Assembly (NCBI GenBank): GCA_964016885.1
Contig: OZ024743.1
Location: 20,584,001 to 20,648,000, forward strand
Direction: 5' to 3'
Origin: Eledone cirrhosa
Taxonomy: Eukaryota
DNA: 64,000 nucleotides
The translations under genes were made by a program, and so were the position numbers. Shown piece after piece: positions 57,440 to 64,000 of this stretch (position 1 is the stretch's first letter; each line of letters begins with the position of its first letter). Under the pieces are notes generated by a model that was not told the origin of the DNA, did not search any database, and worked only from the letters and a program-made list of their open reading frames with translations.

Positions 57440-59294
57440 ATGTGTCCGGGATTATGCCGGTGTACTTAGTGTCACGAATGATCAGAAAAAGGAGGCCTGG
57501 AAATGTCATTATGAGAGACTGATGAATGTGGAGAACGAATGGGAGAGAGAGAAATTACCCTTGGTAGATTCGACAGAGGGACCAGCTATTGAGATTGACG
57601 AATATAGGGTCCAAGAGGCGATTAGGGAAATGAAAAATGGTAAGGCAGCCGGACCATCGGGAATAGTTGCTGAGATGCTGAAGGCATTAGGGGACGTAGG
57701 GACTAAACTGGTTGCACGCATCATCAATCAGGCTATATATGGTGGTGTCATACCCAAAGACTGGTGCAGCAGTATTCTCATAAATTGCTACAAAGGTAAA
57801 GGGGATGCTTTGGAGAGGAGCAATTATAGGGGTATAAAACTGATAGATCAGGTTATGAAAGTGGGAGAAAGGATTTTAGCACAACTAATTAGAGAAAGGG
57901 TCAAACTAGATGAGATGCAGTTTGGTTTTGTGCCTGGGAAGAGTACAACAGATGCCCTCTTCTTGGTGAGACAATTGCAAGAGAGGTTCTTAGAGAAGAA
58001 TAAGCCACTATACTTAGCCTTTGTTGACCTAGAGAAGGCCTTTGATAGGGTACCCCGATCTGTCATCTGGTGGTCCCTAAGGAAGCTGGGTGTTGAGGAA
58101 TGGCTTGTGAGGACAGTGCAAACTTTGTACAGAGGTACTCTCAGTAAAGTCAGGGTAGGAATGGAGTTTAGTGAGAAATTCCAGATAAAAGTAGGAGTAC
58201 ATCAGGGTTCGGTCCTCAGCCCTCTCTTGTTCATTATAGTCCTCCAAGCCATAACAGAGGAGTTTAAGACTGGCTGTCCATGGGAACTTCTCTATGCTGA
58301 TGATCTGGTTCTTATAGCAGAATCAGTAGAGGAGCTAGAGAATAAATTCTGGCTATGGAAACAGCAGTTGGAAGCAAAAGGACTGAGAGTGAATCTAGCT
58401 AAGACAAAAGTGTTGATGAGTAGAAAAGAGGACAAAACCCTGATTCCGTCAGGGAAATGGCCATGTTCGATATGCAGAAAAGGAACTGGCATAAATTCTA
58501 TAAAATGCACACAATGCAGATCCTGGGTACACAAGAGATGTAGTGGGATAGCAGGCAAACTAACAGGTAGGGAGAAATATGTATGCAGTAGATGTACAGG
58601 GAAATTAGACAGTAGAAGTCGCACTGATAGACACATTTTTCAAATGCAAGAGGGCGCTATAGAAGTGGTGGATAGCTTCCGGTACCTAGGAGATCAGATT
58701 AGCATGGGAGGAGGGTGTTCCGAGGCCATAGTATCTAGAATAAGGACGGGTTGGAAGAAGTTTAGGGAGCTGCTTCCTCTGTTGACGAAGAAGGGTTTCT
58801 CCCTGCGTACGAAAGGCCGGTTGTATGATGCCTGTGTGAGGAGCGCGATACTGCATGGTAGCGAGACATGGGCAGCAACTGCAGAGGATATGCGACGGCT
58901 GGAGAGAAATGAGGCAAGCATGCTCCGTTGGATGTGCAGTGTAAATGTGCGTGAACGACCCAGCATAAATGTGTTGAGAGAGAAACTGTGTCTGAGAGGG
59001 ATAGAATGTAGTGTACGGGAGAGGAGACTGAGGTGGTATGGACATGTGATGCGCATGGAGGATGACCGATGGGTGAAGAAGTGCCAGGAAATGCCAGTTG
59101 AAGGAAGACGTGGTAGAGGTAGACCACGACAAACATGGGCGGAGGTGGTGAGAACAGACCTCAGATCATTGAAGCTCACGGTGGAGATGACGAGGGACCG
59201 TGACGAGTGGAGAGATGCTGTGCTGAATAAGACCCGTCCCACCCTTGCAAGCAGGGAAAAGCGGACGTAAAATGATGATGATGATGATGATGAT
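57440..59294 (+). mobile_element. 5'-truncated RTE-C LINE; ORF open to 59270 and running into the (TGA)n tail
   Basis: RT motifs, PHD-like finger, [27 protein letters not shown]. Confidence 0.92.
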
Positions 59295-59519
59295 CTAATA
59301 TATAGGCATATAAACGGGCCACAAAATATGAATTTCCCTCTAAATTGGAAAAAATTATAATCTTTAATTGAATTTCGGATCTATTTGGACCTGTATATCA
59401 TCCAATCAGCCACAAGTAAACATGTATTTGATGGGTATATATACTAATTTGCTCATAGTATTATTCTGAAATGGATGTACTAATCTGTGTATAATTAGCA
59501 CCCTCATTGCTTCTTAATC

Positions 59520-61225
59520 GTTATCATCTTTTTTACTCCTGTTTTTCTACACTTTCATGGTTTGGATGGGTTCTTTTCAGCTCAGCCTCTCTTCACTTGT
59601 CGCTTTCCTTTATCCTTTCCTCTGTGAGTCTCAGCGATTTGAGATCGGCTCTGACCACCTCTGTACAGATTAACCTTTGCCTATCTCTACTGTGTCTTCT
59701 TATCAGACAGATTTCCAGATACTTCTTCAACCAGTGATCATCATCCATGTTCATCACATGTCCACACAAACAGTCTTCTCTCTTGCACACCACATAGCAT
59801 TCCCCTTAAACCCTGTTTTTCCTGCAGTTCATCCAAGCTCTGCCTTTGTCTCACATTTACATTGCACATCCAGAAAAGTATGGTAGCTTCATTTCTCTCC
59901 AACCTACACATGTCCTCTGCAATCACTGGCCATATTCCACTACCATTCAGCATTGCACTTCTTACACAGGCATCACACAGCCATCCTTTTGTATGTAGGG
60001 AGAAACCTTTTGTTGTCAACAATGGGAGTAGCCCTCTAAACTTCTTCCATCTTGTCATTATTCTAGCTAGTATACTCTTGAAGCACTCTCTACCGCTGCT
60101 AATTAGGTCACCTAGATTGCAGAAGCTATCAACCACTTTTATGGATCCTTCATGATATTGGAAAAAGTTTATATCACTGACACTCATCTCTTCAATTAAC
60201 CCTGTGCATCTTTTGCATACAAATTCTTCTTATTTGTCTACCTATTATCCCACATATCTTGTGAACATTGTATAGAGTTTACTCCTATTTCCTTTTCTAC
60301 ATATTAAGCAGGGCCACTTCCCTGAAGGAATCAGCATCCCATGTTCTTTCCCACTTACTAGCATTTTGTTTTGACTAAGTTTACTCTCAATCTTTTTTAT
60401 TCCAAATTCTGTTTCCATAGTCAGAACTTATTCTCTAGTTCTTTTATGAATTCAGCTATAAGGACCAGATCATCTGCATTGAGATATTCCCAAGAACAGC
60501 CAGTCTTAAACTCCCCTGTAATGGCTTAGAGAACTATGATGAACAGCAGTAGTCTCAGAACTGAATCCTGATGAACTCCTACCTGCACCTTGAATTCCTC
60601 ATTAAACTCATTTCCTACTCTCACTAACTGTCAACTCCTCTGTACATGGCTTGCACTGTTCTCACAAACCATTCTTTTTCACCTAATTTCATTAAGGATC
60701 ACCAGATAATAGAATGAGGTACTCTGTCAAAAGTCTTTTCTAGATCAACAAAAGTCATATATAGTAGCTTATTCTTGGCTAAGAACTTCTCTTCTAGTTG
60801 TCTCACTAAGAAGAGGGCATCTGTAGTACTTTTCCCAGGCATAAAACTTAATCGGATTTCATCTAAATTGAAATATCCCCTAATTAGCTGTGCTAGAACT
60901 CTTTCTGTCACTTTCATAACTTGGTCCATCAGTTTTATTATTCTGTAGTTGCTTCTTTCTAGAGCATCCCCTTTACTCTTATAGCAATTTATGATTATAC
61001 TGCTGCACCAGTCATTGGGTATGACAGTCTTGCATTACCTGATTGACTATGTGGGTTACTAGTTTGACTGCTACCCCTCTCAATGCTTTTAGCATCCCAG
61101 CAGTTAACTCTGGTGGTCCTGCAGCTTACCCATTGTTCATCTTCTTGATTGATTCTTTGACCATAAAACTGTCAATTTCAATAGCTGGTCCCTCTGTTTG
61201 GGTAGGTTAGAGTAATCTCTCTTCT
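59520..61225 (-). pseudogene. Old decayed RTE LINE
   Basis: [39 protein letters not shown]; many stops. Confidence 0.85.
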
Positions 61226-61227
61226 AC

Positions 61228-61326
61228 GATGTGTGTTGGTATCAGAAAGGCCATTTAGCTGTAGAAATATCTCATCCCAGTTTATGCCAGCATGGTTAGC
61301 CAGAAGTGAAAATGATGATGATGATG
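61228..61326 (+). mobile_element. Decayed SINE/RTE-type 3' tail
   Basis: gttggtatcagaaaggccatttagctgtagaaa...atgccagcatgg...(tga)n. Confidence 0.55.
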
Positions 61327-62017
61327 TTTAAGATGAACCTTAGTTATAGAGGTAAGCTTTTGAAGGATAGAATTCCATATTGTATAAACTGGCATATGCA
61401 GCATTTCAGAATTTGTAAAAATGATTATATTGTAAATTCACCATAAGGATATATTTCCTTTTGGCAACTAACTTATTCACCATAAATAATGTTGCAGCTT
61501 GAAATTTATGAATTTCTTTATTTAGGTATACTGCTACACTGATTTAGATTAAAAGAAGACTGTCTGGCACTAAAATTCTGACATGTCTAAATTCTGCATG
61601 GTCTAAGCAAAATAAAAAATATATTAAATTTTAATAGCTTAATAGTTTTCCAAAATTAAAAAATAAAATTGATAATAGAGATTTTCAAGGAAATAAATTT
61701 TGTGAAATTTTGGAATATAACATATTATTTTGCTTGAATCAAGTTAATTTATAAAAATTTAACAAAACATAACATCAATTAATCTCACTGAAAATATAGT
61801 TTTCCCCAAAATTATATTTATACAGAAACTATTCATGATATTCTTTTATTAGTTTCAGTCCTTCAACTGTGAATATTTGGCCACACTAGAATACCATTTT
61901 AAAGGGAAACAGATCCCTAGTCTGGGAGGTCAGTAGTTCCACTTCAGTAATGAATTGGTCTAAGTAGACCAGCCAACCCTTGCTAGCAGGGAAAATAGTC
62001 ATCAAATCGATGATTAT

Positions 62018-62018
<1 letters not shown>

Positions 62019-62060
<42 letters not shown>
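62019..62060. repeat. (CT)n microsatellite
   Basis: Direct reading. Confidence 0.95.
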
Positions 62061-62062
<2 letters not shown>

Positions 62063-62063
<1 letters not shown>

Positions 62064-62353
62064 AAGGTGCATGGCTTAGAGCATTGGGCTTGCAATCGTG
62101 AGGTTGTGTGTTCGATTCTTGAGCAAGAAACTTTATTATACGTTGCTCCAGTTTAATCAGCAGTAGAAATGAGTTGTGACATCACTGGTGTTGAGTTATA
62201 GTGGCCTTTGCCTTTCCCTTAGACATGGGAAGGGGAGACTGGTATGCAAGGGCGACTGGTTCTTTCATAAACAACCTTGCCTGGAATGTGCTTCAGAGGG
62301 GGAACTTTCTAGGTACATATCCCATAGCCATTCGTGACCAAAGGGCGTCTTTA
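62063..62353 (+). mobile_element. SINE family 2 copy
   Basis: tRNA-like head, CORE-like block, body shared with 55430. Confidence 0.7.
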
Positions 62354-62354
62354 T

Positions 62355-62434
62355 ATATCTATCTATCTAAGGCGGGTAAAATTCCCGAGATCCATGGACG
62401 AGTTCTCTCCAGCGGTCTCTGTCCCTCATTATCG

Positions 62435-62436
<2 letters not shown>
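62355..62436 (-). mobile_element. RTEX-like 3' end with (TAGA)n tail
   Basis: Reverse complement of 17889-17968. Confidence 0.8.
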
Positions 62437-62498
<62 letters not shown>

Positions 62499-62503
<5 letters not shown>

Positions 62504-62690
62504 AAAAAGTATGACCCCGACGGCAGAGCTCAAGCCATTTCGATGGCTATTTCTGGACCAGAAATAGCCGTCGAAACGGCTTAAGCTCTGCCGTCGGGGT
62601 CATACTTTTTCCTATTTCCCACTCTACTACCCTAAGTATTGAGTACTCTGGTGTGTTATGGTCCATCTGGTTCCTTACCACATTTCCTTT
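62499..62690. repeat. Fold-back repeat (centre 62557, arms ~58 bp) + tail; same family as 1102-1295
   Basis: aggaaaaagtatgaccccgacggcagagc...gctctgccgtcggggtcatactttttcct; tail actctactaccctaagtattgagtac is shared. Confidence 0.75.
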
Positions 62691-62824
62691 TATATATATA
62701 TATATATATATACTGTAGTGATGAAATATATATAACCAAGTGGTCAGTAGCTCTGATTGAGTACTGACTTTTGACAACCCCTCTATCCAATGCCATGATG
62801 ATGATAATAATTATTATTATTATC

Positions 62825-63014
62825 GGTGGATAGGCAGTATCAGTAGAGGGTCAGATGCCATGCTTTTCAGCATAGAGTTACGGCCCTTTACAGTGGGTTC
62901 AAATCCCGTGGAGGTTAACTTTGCCTTTCATCCTTAATGGGGTCAATGAAATAAAGCACCAGTAATGCACTGAGATAATTGCTGGCCTTGTGCCAAAAGT
63001 AGAAACAATCATTA
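62825..63014 (+). mobile_element. Decayed tRNA-derived SINE (family 3, Meta-like central domain)
   Basis: B box gggttcaaatccc followed by ttaactttgcctttcatcctt..ggggtcaatgaaataaagcaccag. Confidence 0.5.
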
Positions 63015-63035
63015 TATATATATATATATATATAT

Positions 63036-63345
63036 TTATGTAATAAACAACATAAGGCAATTATTCCATTTACCAGTGGTTTCTTAAAAGCAAAAAATTT
63101 TGCTTTCAATCCTCAGAATGAAAAAATCCTGGTCTGTTTATTGAATTTGGATTTTAAAATCCAAATTCAATAAACAGACCAGGATTTTTTCATTCTGAGG
63201 ATTGAAAGCAACATTTTTTGCTTTTAAGAAACCACTGGTAAATGGAATAATTGCCTTATGTTGTTTATTACATAACTATTAAGCTCTGTTACCTACATAG
63301 AGCACTCTTTTTTCCTGGACTTTTCCGACGGAATTACTTCATTTA
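63036..63345. mobile_element. Spacer-less 240-bp palindrome (centre 63155/63156) + tail; PLE-type terminal repeat P5
   Basis: Arms 63036-63155 / 63156-63275; HHR in each arm. Confidence 0.8.
63188..63247 (+). ncRNA. Type-I hammerhead (P5); mirror copy at 63064-63123 on minus
   Basis: TTTCATT CTGAGGA TTGAAAGCAA..TTGCTTTTAA GAAA CCACTGG TA AATGGAA. Confidence 0.8.
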
Positions 63346-64000
63346 CACACATATATATATAAGGCAAGCTGCTGGACAGTTTCCATGTACCAAATTTTAC
63401 TCATAAGGTATTGGTTAACCTGAGCTTATAGTAGACACTCAAGGTGCCACAGCATGATGCAGACATTTATTTATTTATTTCATAAAAGTGCCTTATATGC
63501 ATGTTTCTATATTATTTGTTGAGAATCTATTGTAGAATATCACTAAAATGTAATTAGGGTAGCTAGAAGCCATTAAGGTTACAAAGTAAGCAAGAAGTGA
63601 AGATTGTTAGTCTCATCAAAGTAAGAATATATATTGTTAAGGTCATTTAATAATGAATCATTGACATTGAATCGAAAAAATGAAAGAGGTGGGGTTCAGG
63701 ATTTGGTTCAAAGGTTTTTATTGCAGATTTGAGTAATTGTTCCTATGATGTCTTGAACAATAACTTTTGTCTCGCTTAATTTATTTAGATTGAAAGATTC
63801 CTGTTGTTTATCATTGAAGAATATTTTATTAGATGAATTATTTGTGACCTTTGAAGGGGATTGTAAATTCAAATCATTCTAAGAAGACATGATTAATTAT
63901 CATATTGAACACATTGGTGTGTGCTAGAAGGATAATTGAACAGTAACTAAATTGTTACTTTCTTTGATTATGAAGCATACAGATGCATGCGTCAATATTT

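Noticed and set aside
62499-62615. Hammerhead in the 1102/62499 hairpin family
   Set aside because: Only a gtcGAAAcggc half is visible; no CTGANGA core is present in these truncated copies.
57160-63455. Faint remnants of another SINE at ~57160-57305 (+) and ~63360-63455 (-)
   Set aside because: Too decayed to define boundaries or family from the sequence alone.

Overview
This is AT-rich eukaryotic (metazoan) DNA with no host gene that I can support. The SINE and LINE content looks like an octopus/cephalopod genome, which is an inference. About a third of the window is long interrupted (TA)n arrays. These arrays host nested retroelements: RTE-clade LINEs with (TGA)n tails (families A, B, C plus an older decayed copy), an RTEX-like fragment, three CR1/L2-group LINEs, Penelope-like elements (PLEs, RT + GIY-YIG), tRNA/CORE-type SINEs and several non-coding repeats. 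The main hidden layer is RNA structure. I count at least 8 sequence-distinct type-I hammerhead ribozyme (HHR) families, about 17 copies, including a U3:A8 core variant. One family is a ~454-bp tandem, ORF-less, multi-hairpin HHR unit (50178-52087, retrozyme-like) with a highly diverged relative at 13258-13743 that keeps the same stems by covariation. Many insertions are head-to-head palindromes whose two outer ends follow a fixed rule: one ends at the true 3' tail and the other at an internal TA-like boundary. One 1.1-kb palindrome has a loop made of reiterated 7-mers. The SINE and LINE 3' modules are shuffled between families. All poly-(YI/MY) ORFs are microsatellite artefacts. Coordinates were read by eye and may be off by a few bases.
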